Assembly (NCBI RefSeq): GCF_964204865.1
Contig: NC_135254.1
Coordinates: forward strand, 4,402,001-4,466,000
Reading direction: 5' to 3'
DNA: 64,000 nucleotides
From: Styela clava
Lineage: Eukaryota
Shown here: positions 36,139 through 51,600 of the stretch, piece by piece
Layout: the number at the start of each line of letters is the position of its first letter
How positions within the stretch are numbered: the first letter of the stretch is position 1
The notes under the pieces: generated by a model
The model's database searches: none
What the model was told of the DNA's origin: nothing
What the model saw: only the letters and a program-made list of their open reading frames with translations
Program-made: the position numbers and the translations under genes

Positions 36139-39030
36139 AGGAATGCGCCATTCCACTTTTTCAAACCTGTTGCTAACAACCAATGACATTTTTTGCGCAG
36201 ATGTCTCGCACATTTCAAATTTATTCATGCAAATTATTGCGTCATTACAGCTAAAAACTCGCATTTATTTATTTTCAAGATTATATATCTGGAGTTTTTA
36301 AAATGTGGATCGTATAAAATTGCGTTGACACGTCTTCTCAAATCTCAATTCATATTGTGTTTCAATGTCAATATCAAATTATAAAAAATGACGTGCTTTC
36401 AGCCATTCACGTGCAAGCAAATTTATGATACACTAAGGTCGCAAGGTGGCGGTCAACACCGATCGACCTTGGAAAGTGATACCTGACTCGTGTCTCCGCT
36501 GAAAAAAATTCACGATAAAACGGGATTTTCATATTTATCCCAAGATAAAAAATCCGAATGACGACAAATAAGCCGAATAACGTCTCCGAGATAGTAATCC
36601 ACGTAAGGTATAGGAATAGTCAACCACCGGACTACTACCCCACTACTTGGTCACGCTGTGCGTTCGGGCACGGTTTTAAATACTTTCATCGCCTTTTAAG
36701 CTGATAAGGAATAAAGGTAGAAAATAGAATCCACTACAAATCATTTACCTGTATTCAGAACTCAGGTGATCACTGATAATTCCAAACTAATTATATAATA
36801 AGTGATGAACTGCATTATCAATAACATATTTAATTGTGGATCATACATAGATACTCCATTTCTAATTCATATTTATAAAAATCTTTATGAATGTTGGTAG
36901 CCACCATACAGTATTCAGTGATTGTCACTGTGTTTTTCCATGCTTTCATTTCGTAAATTAATTTACCTAATAACCTTTTTATATTGTTAAACTCATTGTG
37001 TTACAAGTGAGCTGTATATTTAATTGTGGATAATGCATAAATATTCGAATCCTTATTCAAGTATGTATAAATACTTATGAATGCTGGTAGCAAATAAACA
37101 ATATTCATCGATTGTTATTATTTTCCCCCTGCTTCTTCATGTGAACTAATTAAGGTGCCAAAAGGAGTCAAATGATACTTTTACGTCATGCACTCCATTA
37201 CTGAATCTGTGATGATATTATTTTCTTGTCCCTATCTTTCAATTTTTGATCTCGGTCTGTGTCCAATTAAAAAAAAAAGGTTTTTTTAAATCTTTGACTG
37301 TTTTAATTCTTTCATTGGACATGATCGGTTACATAGGTACATGACCACTCAAAATCCTAAATTGCCCTTTGATAACTTTAATAATAATAACTTTAAATTG
37401 CCGACTCATTAACTCATTTCTTTATCTTATATATATTTTATTTAATCCCGTTTGCATTTACCCATGGTACTATATTATGCCATGATAACCTTATATACAG
37501 CATTTACAAAAGGGTCGGGAGCCTAGATGACCTTAATCGGTCCTGCACAACGACCCGCACAAAACAATAATCAATCGCTGTTTATTACTGATGAAATATT
37601 TTCTTTATTATATTATTATCTATTATTGTTTATATTAGTGTTGATTTTGTTTTTGTGGCAATAAATCTCACACTCACACTCACTGACGATTCTTATGGCG
37701 ACGGTATCACCATCAGGGGCGATAGAGAGATGTTTTTTGAACGAGATGTTTTTGAACGAGTTCGCCGACTTAGCTTTAGTGAAATATTTCCGGTATCTGT
37801 TAGAATACCGGTACTGTCCAAATTATCAACTTGGCAAGTGAATTTGTTAGAAAAATATTTTATATCTGACAAAGCAGGAAAATACGAAAATAACACACAT
37901 CCGGAAGGCTGTCACCTTCCTTGCTAGTATGGCTATCGGGACCGGCACCAGGAAAAGAAAAGTTATCAAGTAATTAATTCCATGCTGACGCTTGATATTT
38001 GGTCACAAGATTGAAGGTATAATATTTTAAAAGTTCTAAATCAAATATATAAAATATTTGTTACTGCAAGAAGGTTTATAACTTGCAGGTTGTGGTACAG
38101 AATATTATGGAAATACAGTACGCAGTTTGTTTTTCGCCAAACCTAAATACTGAAATACAGAAATAACAATTTTTATTGAATAGTACACCAATTAAAATCC
38201 CATGGGTTGGGATGAGACAGAAAAATATGTCCGATGGACAAGGCTGGTTTTTGGGTAGAATGGATCAAATGCGCATGAAATGTAAAACTTGTACGGTACT
38301 TGAAGACTTGTCGTAATTTAATGTTAATAAAATCAACATTTCTTTTCAATGCGCCGTGATTTGTATCAATTAAAGTGATTGTGTGGGGAGTTTGAAAACA
38401 AGAAGTTCAAGATATATTTCTTATCATTATTCTCTCCATTCCAGGACTATTGAGGTTTCCCAAACTGCTTTCAACTCAGCCTGAAGCACAATTCAAGGAA
38501 GTTTGATTGAAATGAATAAAGCTGCTGGACACAGACTCTACTCTAGTCTTGGGTATGAAAGATGTTTTATATCAAGATTTTCTAACTCATGTTTTCACTC
38601 TTTGTATTTGTGACATTCCATGACAAACACTTGAAACTGAATAATTAATGCAATGAAAACAAAATAAAATTTAAATGGTTTGAAGTATCTTTGTCCAAAA
38701 TGTTTTGGCTGAAACAACTAAATCAATTGGATCAATAACCTTGCAATTAATATGAATTTCTTTCCCTTCTCCTGTTTTAGGTTCTGTACTGTTATTGTCC
38801 AACCTTACTTTTCCTATTCTAATCTATCATAGTTGGGTCTGATTCAGGATATTGAAATTTTAAGTATGAAAACCTTGCATTCATATACTTTTTTGGGGTG
38901 CTATCATATTATTGGCCCACCAGTGAGCTAATCCTAAGTAAGGATTAGTTGGATGAAGCAATAGCAAGACATTACACACTGCTGTAATGGGCTGGTTTGA
39001 ACTTCTAGATCAGTCCTAATCAGCCTAGTC

Positions 39031-40229
39031 CAGTGTTTCCCAACGCGAGTCCGCGGTCTCAAATGAGTCCGCAGAGCGTTTGAACGAGTCCGCAACGAGC
39101 CAGAAATTTACTGCGGGCCGCAAACGTCTTTGCGAAACTTATCCATTAGCCAAGTTACGATTTACGTTAAAATTTACATAAAACATAAAAAGCAAGTTTA
39201 TTCACATACAATTAATCGAGTCAATAATTACTGGATACTGACTAGGACTGGGCATATATTCGACAATTAAACTATTAGAATAGCAATTTACTATTCGAAA
39301 ATTTGATAACAGGTGAAGCGACAGGTCACTTGCGCGTCGCTTAATCAAATGATTGGATTACACAACTCACTTGCGGATTCCCGACAAAAACACAAGTCGG
39401 CACACGCGTGGATAGCTAAGTGGCGTTTCTCGCGAGCTCGAGCAGCGAGGAATAATTATTTTTTTTCTGGTGTCAATGGTGGCAACCTAAATTTTCTAAA
39501 TGGAAAAGCGGAAATACAAAATATCAAAAATAAAACGTAAAACACCATAAATTTTGTTTTATGATGGTCCGCGACCGATTAAAATCGCTTTTTAGACATT
39601 GCAAATCGCAAAATTTCGGGTGCTACCGTAGTATATGTATCAGGGCATTTCCCCCTAGGATTCTTTGCTTTACTGCCTCCACATTGGTATGTACAGTACT
39701 GGAGCGCCGTAAGTGTTGTACGAACAGCTCAGATTTGTCGAATTCACAAAAATACGAATCAATACAAAATATAATCGGGCACTTTACCACGCATTTTTGT
39801 GTCCACGGATTGTCATAGTATTTTCTGAGTAGTATTGCTTTTATTTCGTTAACAGAACAGCATATTATAATGATCACAATTAAATTAATATTAAAGCAAG
39901 ACGATGAATACTTTTTTCGATTTACTAATATACTTTAATTACGTTTTTAATAGGTACTAAATCAAGATGTACTTTCTGAAAATTTATAACAGATAACAAA
40001 TTCTCAAGTTCGCAAAAAATATTTAACAAAACTAAATATAATCGGGCCATATATTCTCACATTAATATGTTCGCAAATTTTTCTGATTTCAAAATTTGTT
40101 AAAATTCTGTTGTGTTTGGTTTTATTACTTCTTCATACAGGATACGGTTGCAATAAACGCACGTTGAATCCGCAAAGGTTTTTGCCAGTGAGAAAATAGT
40201 CCGCGACCAAAAAAGGTTGGGAAATGCTG
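39031..40229. mobile_element. 1.2-kb non-autonomous hAT element
   Basis: CAGTGTTTCCCAAC / GTTGGGAAATGCTG; TSD GCCTAGTC / GCCTAGTA. Confidence 0.8.
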
Positions 40230-41454
40230 GCCTAGTATCAAGCGAATGTTTCATGGGTGCTTGTCTACTGTTTTGCTCAGAGATCAGAAATAAAAACCTT
40301 GATTAAATATTTGCATTCTGCATGAAATAAATTGCAGGTACTCCTCTAGTATGTTCTGGTGTCCGCCATATTGGTCCGCATACTACAGGAGTACCAAATT
40401 GTACTGTAAATAAATTGCATAAAATACTATGTGGTAAATAAATTTGCATTTTTAATTTCAAGGTAGCAAGAATATATTGCGATCCGATCTCTGCAACATG
40501 AAAACAATGAATTGCGACAAGAAAATTTTATTGAACTGAACAAAGTTGCTGGACACAGACCAAGGTCTACTTTAGTCTTAAGTACGACTTTTTTACAAGA
40601 ACCAGTACTAGCTTTGCTCATTTTTTACTGCAATATTTATTCTATTATCTTTACCTGTATGATATTTTCGGGCATAAATGTTCGATTTTTATTTTTACTG
40701 AACACTGGAGCCCGGCCCACCAAACCAGTCAGTGTGGCCCTTGTCAACACTCAAATTTCCCCATCAAGCATAAAATCTGAATCTAACAGTTATGTTAAAA
40801 AAGCTGCTCATGTGGGTAAAAATACATGTTTTCATTGTTTTGACTTGTGTCTTTATTATTGGAACGCTGAGCAACAGTCGTATTCTTTTGTCTTTCTCGC
40901 TTTGTTTTTTTGTGTTTCCCGGCTAATTGTATGAAGTTGGTTGTATGGCCAACCGAAAAAAAATGTTGCACACCCCCCTTAATAGTAAAAAAAATAATAA
41001 AATGTAAATCTCAAACAAAGTTATGTTTGCCAAATTCCCATTTCTGTCTCCAAGGTATTCAGCAAGAAAATAATGCAATTCGGTCCCTACAACATGAGAA
41101 CGATGAATTGCGACAAAGTTTGACCGACCACCAGAACGCATTGAAACTTATCATGACCAAGTACAGACAGCAGATGATGAAATTTACAAAGCACCAAAAG
41201 TATGTGGATCTTGTCAATGTATTTCATAATCTCAGTGAGAGGAAAGTCTATTGTTTTACTATAAAATGGCTGTATCATTACTAATAAACATTTAATTGAA
41301 GTTCCATTCTTTCAGAATACCTTATGGTTCTAATACGAACAATCCTATTTCCCGTAGAAATGGCAAATTAAGGTTTTATCCTAGGTTTTGGCCAGTTCAG
41401 TGCAGCGGCTCCAAAAGTTTACATTCAAATACGACAGTCTATATAATATATGTC

Positions 41455-41657
41455 CAGGGTGTCCATGAAGTCCCTTTACAATTTCAATTTTGTTGTGAAG
41501 TCAGTTCTCAATATATCTTAACCATTTTTTTTTCAAATCGGTAATTGTTTAAGTATTTTTACTTCATTTAGTACATCTGTGAGGGCCGAAACAATATATG
41601 GTATCGATAAATTTCTTCCCAATTTTGGAAAATTTTACGACTTCATGGACACCCTAT
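41455..41657. mobile_element. Tc1/mariner-type MITE
   Basis: CAGGGTGTCCATGAAGTC / GACTTCATGGACACCCT; internal sequence matches the 11038 copy. Confidence 0.7.
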
Positions 41658-44600
41658 ATATTGTTTGAATGATATCGAATACTTGTACTTGTATTTAGAA
41701 CAAAATATACTTTTTATCAGGTTTAACATTATTATCAGACCTGCTACACTTTAAATTTACTATGTTTTGCAAGTATTAGTGTATTGTACTGGGGTACCTT
41801 GAGCCTATGGAATGTTCCAATGGGGTTCCACTCCACCAAAAAGGTTAAGAACCAGTGGATTAGGCATATTGGAGCGACAATTCTAAAAGCTAAGAAGAAC
41901 ACATTATAGCATGGGGTGTGCAACCTTTAATACAGGAGGTCCAGATAGAAATAACTGGGGGAAACCTGTTACGGCATTGTAAAGTCGTAGGCATGTATTA
42001 ACTAGACTCAGGTATTGGCTTCGCAACGCACAGGGATTGGAATTACTCGCACGTACCAAATTGAATTTAATTAAAAACTGATTTCGCGGTCTGTACACCA
42101 TTCAAAATTGCCACTCTTGTGGGCCGCATTTGGCCCATGGGCCAGTCGCGGGTTGCGCACCCCTGCATTATAGTATTTGTAAATTAATATTAAAAATCAA
42201 GAGCTGTATAGCTGGATAATATTCACAAAGAATAATTATGATGTTTTTCTTGGATTCAAATATTTCAACAAAATCAATGAACCGTGACTTAGCAGCATTA
42301 ATAATTTTATTTATATCTTCCATTTTTAGCGTCCAGATCACTGAAAATGCTTATCAAGCAGAAAAACAATATCAAAAAGAGAATATGGAGCTCATTGATA
42401 AGGTAACAGGACCAAGGTTACTCTAGTCCACAGTTACGTTGCAGTGCCCTGGCCCACAATTCTGGTCCCACGTTTTAGTTTATCACAAATTTGATAATGG
42501 GGATTGGTTTTGATGTAAAAGAACATATTAGTTAAGTTATTAGTTCCATAACTAAATTCATTAGGTATTGCATGCTAAAAATCCCGTAATTGCGGCAAAT
42601 ATATGCAAGATTAACCCTCTGACTTCCACAAAATGGCAATTTGTGGGAGTAACCTTGCGTAACATTGAGCATTTTTCTGTATAACCTTATAGTAGAAACA
42701 GTGTGTACCAATATGGATGTAACTAATTTTGTTTTCCTATTTTACATCAAGTTGTGTAAAGGGAATGAAAGTTATGGGCAGGGGGTATATTCACTTGGCT
42801 AACACAGACAGTCCCCGAACTCATAATAGAACTAAAATAAGGAAAATCGGAATTATGGCCTAACCCTAACCTGGTACACACACTACGGGAGTATCAAAAT
42901 AAGCATCCTGATTAATTAAGTTCAGTTTATTATATATTTGCCACTGATATCCAACAATATGTAATGGGCTACTATTGTTGGAAGGACTGGAACCTTTCTT
43001 ACTCGGCATTCTGTCATTAGTAATGCTGGAGGTTTGACAATATTTATTCAAGCAATATACATCATCCACATGGTGGCGCCAAAGGTTCAAGTTATTTCAA
43101 AACAAAAAAGGTGGCAGTTTTATCCTAAAAGACATTAAATTATCTTTACATGTTCAGATCCACGAGATGGTTGCTGTGATGAGGCATGCTGCGGATGTTG
43201 ACGATGAGCAATATCTCAGAGATTACGAAGAATTATCCCGATTGCAAACAGAAAATGACATTTTAAGAGAAATGCTGATGATATCTAAGAGTTCATTTGG
43301 AGGATTCTGAAGAGACTGAAAAACAAGAGAATGAATCTGAAATGGTGCTCACTGACGATACTACTAGTGATGAGACAGTTATACATGAGGGGGAATCCCC
43401 CTAAGACTACTTCCCAGACAAATATTATATTACAATAGGGAGAAAGTTTATGTTCCTTCAAAGGGTACTCTCGTAGTATGTGTACCAGGTTCATAATTCA
43501 TTCAGATTTTTCTTATTTTAGTTCTATTACGAGTTTGGGGACTGTCCATGTTAGCCAAGGGGATATACCCCCTGCCCATAGGTTTCAATCCTTTTACACA
43601 ACTTGATGTAATGTAGGCGAACAAAATTAGTTACCTCCATATTGGTACACATACTTCCGGAGCGCCCCTTGCTCTTGTTATTCCTTGCGTTTCTATCGAA
43701 ACTCAGTATTGAGAAAATATATCTGGTTCATACAAAGTACTCCACACAAAGCTGTAGACCTGGGTTTTCCAAACTGGGGCCTGCGGACCTCCGGGTGTCA
43801 GTGATGACTGCACAGGGGTTCCGCAACTATATGGAAAGAGTCTGATCTATCTTTAATGATTGGCTTTAACTAGAAAGCCTTGCATCTTTTTGGTTGAGCG
43901 CTGCAGACGAATATCCATCGCTCTCAAAAAGGCAATGATAATTTTATGTGCGAGGCAGCAGTTCTTGCCAATATGACAAAATACGGGTTGAGACTTGCAA
44001 TAGAGTTGAACCTACGAGTTTGCTTGCCACAAATTGCTTCAAAAATTGATAAATTGTGCAGTGAAAAGTAACCTCATCCATCATATTAACATTGTTTGTG
44101 TTGTTCATTCTTCCTCGCTGGTTTGACATAGAAATCGATATGGCTTATTAGCATGGGGGTTTGTCAAATACAAGATAAACAAACAGGGGTGCGCATTTCG
44201 AAAAGTTGGAGAAAATACTTGTATGTTCCTTTTGTGTTTAGCTCAGTATTGGGAAAATATATCTGATTAATTCAATGTAATCCACACAAGGCTGACATTG
44301 ACAGTGATTTATAACCGGGATTCCTTCCGCCAGTACAGTCCAGCGGTTTGCGTTTAAATCCGATAGTCTATAGTAATAAATCTATATTATTAAATACATG
44401 AATAATATAATAAGTGTGTTTCATGAGAGAGTTTCATAATTCTGCATCAAATTTCTGTTTCACATTTTTTGATTGTCATTACACTGGAGTTCCTTAAGCC
44501 TTCGAAATCTTAACTGAGGTTCCGCTCTTCCATGGAGGTTGAAAAACCACCGCTCTAGACAAGAAACACTAGAAAGAGGTTCAATGTAGCGTCCCTAACA

Positions 44601-47600
44601 TTTGGGAATGGGGCATGATCTTCTCATAAAAGTGGTTCCACATTGTGCTCATGCATCAACCTTTACATCCTTATCACCGACCTTGGGCCCAAAGTCAGGG
44701 ATTTTAAATGGAGTTCGTTGGTATTGGAGTCTTGAGTCATAATTTGAAAAAAGTGGCCCGAATTCGAGATTTTTGGAGACGCCTGTGATTTTGTTGTTCT
44801 CGAGTCCTAGTTGATAGATTTTTGTCAATTTCAAATTATCTGAAATTCTGGGAGTCCAAATTCGGGTCTGTTTTTGTCAACACTGGAGCAGTTTCTCAAA
44901 CGAATGTTTAACTGAATAGAACCTTTATAAAGAAAAAGGAAAATGCAAAGTTGGAATATTGCACATCTGTGACACGCTGTTTTAGCATTATGAGGTTTTA
45001 TAGCAATTGGGGGTTGATGAGAACAGGTAAAATCGCCCTTGTTTCAGTAGGTGGAATTCTATAGCTAGTTTTACTTCCTGACGAAAGCAGTGAATTGTTT
45101 TTCATTTTATAGTTATTATCATACTGTGGAATGAAGTTTTATTTTGGTAATTTTGATACTTCCAGAATTAATTAAATGGTAATTCAACCCCTGAAAATGC
45201 CTGGAATGACTTCATTTTAAAGCCTCGCTTAGTATTTGGCTCAAACAGTGTGTTAGTGAACCCAAAGCCTCGCGCGAAGATTGAGAGTATATTTGCAACA
45301 TTGCCCAGAGCTTAAGCCAATTGGAGGATAGGATTTCTGGACTCCTTGCTATGGCATAGTATTTGTGTTGCCAGACCTCCTGAAGTATGCGCACCAAGAT
45401 GGCGCACAACCTGAACTCAGGTCGTGTACCAGGTTAGGGTCCAAGTTGTGCAACATCCTGGTGAGCATACTTCAGGAGTACCATGTAGGGTACCACTGTC
45501 ATGAGAATTTCCCCTTATTTGAGTGCTAATCACTTTTCTGCGTGTTGCATGTCTGGTACGAAGTCCACGAATAAGTTTTTTTTCACTTTAACTAAAACAC
45601 AAAGTTTACATTGAAATGAAGGAACATATATTCTCTCCCAATTTTTCATGTTGTTGGTAAAGTTGCTTGTCTACAGCAGTGTTTCCCAAACTTTTGCACA
45701 GGTAAAATACAAATACTACAGGAGTCACTTGGCTAGTCCCCAAACTCATAATGAAACCAAAATAAGGAAAATTAGGATCGAATTATGGTCTAACCCTAAC
45801 CTGGTACACACACATACTACGTTCCGGTGTCCGCCATCTTGGTTCACATACTTTTGGAGCGTCTACAACTGGGCCACATCCCCCAGGCGGTAATAAATTG
45901 GTTAAATTGGTTTCTAGGACTTGGGAGAATAAAAAATAAGCTGTCTCCCATCTTAAACTTGAGTGGTGGATTCATGTGAAGAAAATAATCTCAGCTTGAT
46001 AATCAATTTTGCAAAATGAGACATTATATAATATTGATTTGAATCAAAAACTCTTGAATACAAATTTAAAACGTAAGGTAAAAAAATTAAAAGTATATAA
46101 AATATTTTACTTGAATAATAACTCAGTGGTATTTTTTATTTGAATAGTTTGTATATACGGCAATGGCTTGATTGCATAAATTGTTATAAAAAGTATTAAC
46201 ACATTCGTTTATACTAAATTTGTTTGAGAACACATAGAATACACTTGAGCACATAGCCAATTAATTTTGATGTGCAAAAGTATACGAAGTCACATATTTC
46301 CATTGAATTATTTTGATGGAACTTTTGGTTCGTATATTGTCAGATGGTTTGGTTGCGTAATTATAAAAATAATATATAAAAATGCTATTGTATGGAATAT
46401 TGATTGATATATACAGCGGTGGTTGAGAATTAGGCGATCAGAACAATTGTATAGATCTATTGGAATGTGGTGTCATTGACTTACGGAATAAGTATACAAT
46501 AGGCCATAATAGTATACAATAAAAGTAATATATTAAAATGTATAAGGACGACATTGAGAGTTATACATACTTAGATTAATAATATATTTAGTTGTGATTA
46601 ACAATCAGTACCCAGGGCAGAAATATAAAATTTAAACAGATAATCAATCTATACAGCCTTATCCATGAGCTCAATAACACAGGGTTGGATTGGACATTTT
46701 TCAAATCAAATCAAGACTTGAATAATTAATTTTTGGTTGAAGTACGCCCCAATTGGCATTCAGGTATAACCTGCCACAAATTATCAGAACAGTTTTGTAG
46801 TGTACGGACTGACACAAAAATGCCAGTTAATTCAACATATTTTAATTTATGGAGAGTTTCGCTGATTGATTCTACTAAATATAGTATATCGACAATGCAA
46901 CCATCCCAAATAGCCTAATGCAGGGGTCGGCAAACTACGGCCCACAGGCCAAATGCAAATGTTGCCACAACAACATCATCCTTCACAATGATACTAAGTA
47001 AACAATGTTTTGTGGAGTAATATATTAAAAAACTCCACATACACTTCTTATTGTGGCAGGCTTTTAACGAAGCATAAGAAAGCAAATGCACCATAATTTT
47101 ATGTTTAATGAAGCAATTATAATAAGGGCAGAAACATTGCGGGCCGCCACGCAACCGGAAATGTGTATATTTGGCCTGCAAGTACATAAAGTTCGCCGAC
47201 CACTGGCCTAATGTTATGAACTTGAATATGTTGGCATCGCATATTAAAGCATTGAAGTCATATGACCACCACCTCACCAGAGTGTTGTATACGGAGCTAA
47301 ACAGGAATGTTTCAAGTTCTTTTGTGGAAAATAGAAGTTCCATATTCACGATTGGATGCTTGTTCAGAACTTCAGACTATCGTTCAGGGCAATTATTGCC
47401 GCAAAAATTATCAAAAAATGCCCCAAAAATATTAATTTTGAGCAGCCACTGGTATTTAACGACATGTAAGGAGATAATATTTGTTTTCTTTTCGGTTCGA
47501 CATTGCCTACCCAATCTTACACCCTGTGGGGTGGGGGGCGTGAGATTGGAACCTGAGACGTGTAATCTGCGATGCCAGCAGTTAAATGTTATGCTTTAGC

Positions 47601-48610
47601 CGCCTAGGCCGTTTCACTGTTCGATGTTATGCCCATACAGAAACGGACAAATACATTTTCTCAAAATATTCGCATTTTCATCTTATGAAATAATTGATCA
47701 AGAACATCTTTGCACAATGGCTATAACGGTAATACTGTTTTGGCCTTTGTTGTAGTTTTGATAAAGGCGAGTTCAACATCTCGGTTCAGTATCCTGTGCA
47801 GGACGCAGTGGAATCCGATTTACTGAAAGTGAAAAGAAAATGTGACAGTAATCAAAAATATGTAGTAGCAGTGTAAAAAGAATTCATACAACAGCCAATA
47901 GAACAAAACTAGAATTTGTCAGTATGTACACTATGATAGGGCAGCTTATTCAAACATGTTATGTTTTTGCAATATTTATTATATCTATCCGAGCTACACA
48001 TTTCTCTAACTACAAAACCTATTTCTTGTCGCTGGTAAAATTACAGTGTCTCTGATAAATATTAGTCATTTACATATCAGTGGATGCTTGTACAGAGCCT
48101 TGTTCAGAGGGAAAAACGTGGAAGAAAAAACATTTCTTTATTATTTATATCTCCATATCCTACACATTGTTTTGTCACCACTGCAATAGTGAAATGGCAA
48201 AGCAACTGATTGAAATCAAAAGAACTGAGTGGATGTAAAAGTGGACCTTGAACCTATATTGTCAATAAAAACTGCCCAGCAGATAGAGTGTCTCATTGAA
48301 GATTGCGCTTTTGAATTTGCATTTTAAAACCTTACAAAATCCTGTTATTGTGACATCATATGTGACAGTAGAGCACTTTATGATGTCTTTAGGGCTGGGC
48401 TTTTCAAATCGAATTATTAGAATCGGAGAAAATTTCATGTAAACAAGCAACTCTTTATGTACTTCCTATACCAATGCGAGTTCATTACTCAATTCAGTTT
48501 CAAGTGATGATTATCCAACTTGTTATTTCAAGAATTTGAGACTATTCATATAGATGCATGTTGGGGAAAGTGGGGAAGCAATATTTTGCCAGAGTGTCAA
48601 ATGAATAAAA

Positions 48611-51600
48611 CTATCTCACCCATATTGATCCATCATACTCAAATCCTTTCGTCTCCAATGCTTTTTTCAGTTTCATTGTATGGTTTGGATCAGGATATCC
48701 ATTGCTGAAATAAAAAAGTATTCATGAACTTAGTTTGAACATGTTTATAGAAATATGATGGAAATTTGGTAAGTTTTCGGTTTAACAATAAAGAGTATTG
48801 AAATACAGAATTGGGTTCTAGGAATAAAAAATATTCGGCGCTCCTGAAGCATGTGAACCAAGATGGTGGACACCGGAATGTGGTATGTGTACCAGGTTTA
48901 GATACGACCATAATTTTATTCCAATTTCCTTTAGTTCTATTACGAGTTTGGAGACTAGCCAATTGCTCCCGTAGTATTTCTACTTGAAATTATAGCCTAA
49001 CCCTAACCTGGTACACATACTACATTCCAGTGTCCGCCATCTTGGTCAAATACTTTGGGAGTACCAAAATTTCGTCTGAGCAATCGAGAAAAAGTCAAAA
49101 CATTTAAATTTATCATGAGTGACCATTTTAGTTTGTGTTAGAAAATTTGTACGCCAATGTATGTCAGAAATTTCGACTTTTGCTTCAAAATTAAGAAGCC
49201 TAAAACTAAAAAAATAATTGAAAAAATACAACTCTAGTTTTGAATTGATACCAAAAAAATGTCAAAATTAACTTCGCTCCCTGCTCACCTCACAGGTTAT
49301 TACAATTTCAGATGAAATGAAAATCATACTAATTTATAAAGTCATGGCAAATAATCTCCTGTACACGATGACCAGGCAGTTTAATTAACATAGTTGGTCA
49401 GAGTGAATTATAAGAATACCATTGATTTGATAAGTCTGTCAGAACTGCTTGTATGGAGCCTTGCTCAGGGTGAAGTATAACAATAGCATTGGTACCAATA
49501 CCATAATTTAGATATCTAATCTATTTAATATATACAAGTCGTAGTCTTAATGGTTGAGTGGTTGTTTGGGATCTTTGGATCAGACCCTGGTAGTTTAGAA
49601 ACAATAAAGTGCCTTTAAATGAGTAAATCATCTTCATATAGAGATAGATGAGTTCAGTTTTCTTCTGAGCAAAAACAAGAAAAAAACGACTGGATAAAAC
49701 AAAATAACTTTTAGAAAGCAATTTTATCCAATATGCCTTTTATGCTTTGCAAATCGTGAAAAATAAATTCTAATATCCTTATTGGTGAAATTTATTCCCT
49801 GTAATTTTATTTAGCTGTTAAAATTAGACTCCCAAAAGAACTGTGATGTAGTGCAAAACGAAGGGATAACAAAATTTTAAAATCAGTTTTATTCTTTCCT
49901 ATTTCCTAACATTTTAGGAAGTAAATACCCACCAAACATAAAACACACAAAGTACTTACTTCTCAGGTCCTCCAGTTTTATTAGTCTTATGAGGAAACTC
50001 ATCGTTCCAAACAATTTTTCCTCTTCTGTCACCAACTTCCTGAATCTTGAAAATCAATCCTGCATTGAATGCTTGTCTGAGTAAGTTGAGACATATCAGT
50101 CCATCATCCCACGGCAAATATTCATTCTTCAATTCTTGAGCTTCATATGAAATACCCTGGAGAAACAAACATAACTAATCATCTCTCATACCTGGGGGTT
50201 TGTTAAACTGATATAAATATCAGAATATCTATGAAAGTTTAGCAGAAGGTAAAAATTTTCTAACAAAATACTTGGTGTTTCTAATAGATTAATTCAACTT
50301 GACAACCCAACAACTTATTTAAACATTGAAATCAGAAATTATAAGGAAGCCCGCTAAATATTTAGCTTGTCGTGATTTTACTGCACCATTGAATCAAATT
50401 CTAAATTAAACATAGAAGAACTAAATTCTATGAACAACTTAAATTTGAATAAACCATGAGTTTAATATTACTTAGTAAGTTTCAACAAGCATGATCTATA
50501 TATGGCTATGTTATGATTTTACTGCACAAATGGCTTCTATATTCGAACTTCTTCTCAATAACAAACCTTTCAAAGCTTGGATTTCCTCAAACAGCATACC
50601 AGTTTAAATTAATTATAGATGGACAAAGCATGAACCAGAGTCAACCCATATAAGCATTATACAAAATACTGCCTGATTCTGTATATTTCTATGAAAAGCA
50701 ATAACTCATGTGAGTGAATGCAAACATTTAGCAATACTTCTTTCAAGCTTCTGGACTGTGCAATGGCCTAACGCAGTGGTTACCAAAGGGTGTACCTCGG
50801 TGCACTAGTGTTACGCAACAATAGAGATTGACACTGCTTGCTGCAATTTCCCGAGCTGCAGTTTATTTATCTGTTGAGTTTGTTTGAAGTTTCAAAATAA
50901 AATCAGGCAGAGAAAAGTTGACATTAGGCATATATGTTTACAAACATAAAGTACACATTAATGATCACAATATTGAATTTTATCCAAATCTTTTTTCATT
51001 AGTGCACCATGCCACCGTTAGCAGTTTTTTTCCTAATAATTCAGCGCCGCACAACAAAAACGAATATAATAATATCTCCTTAAATAGCTCTGTCTAAATA
51101 GCTCAAATTTCATTAAATATAAGATATGACAGAAATAACGTTTTATCCTGGGGAGAGAAAAGCCGATAAGAGACGTAATCAAGTGGCGAACCACAGCCTC
51201 TCATCCGGTTACCAGTCTATAACACGTAAGAGATTGTTTAGCCAGTTATTCGTTTTCGGAAGCATGGACTTGATGGTGGAGGAGGCTGTAACAGACCAGT
51301 GATTACGTGAATCAGCCTACTAAATATTTGTGACTGCTTGTATAGGGCCTTGTTCAGAGCAAAAGGCATGAATAAGCATCGCATAAAAAAGTAACATGAC
51401 AGTACTATTATAAGGGATGTCTTTGCCATTATATCAAAATCACCATATTTGGAGCATTTATGAAATCAAAGGGTATGAAAGAAATTTTTCTATTTTCCAT
51501 CCGTGTTTTTGTTTACATCATGTTGTATTTAGTAAATTTTAACATATATAATATAATGATTTTGCTTCTGAATTGACAACAAGATATATATTTGTGACCC

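Larger units (their letters stand above)
37984..43310 (+). pseudogene. FGFR1OP2: Duplicated, disrupted FGFR1OP2 copy
   Basis: Exon 1 remnant (GCT GAC GCT TGA ... AGA TTG AAG|GT, in-frame stop, no ATG) ~37984-38016; decayed exon 2 ~38446-38552; chimeric exon3/exon2 40463-40581; near-identical exon 3 41055-41199; exon 4 42330-42402; exon 5 from 43158 with a net 26-nt deletion giving TGA at 43308-43310. Confidence 0.8.
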
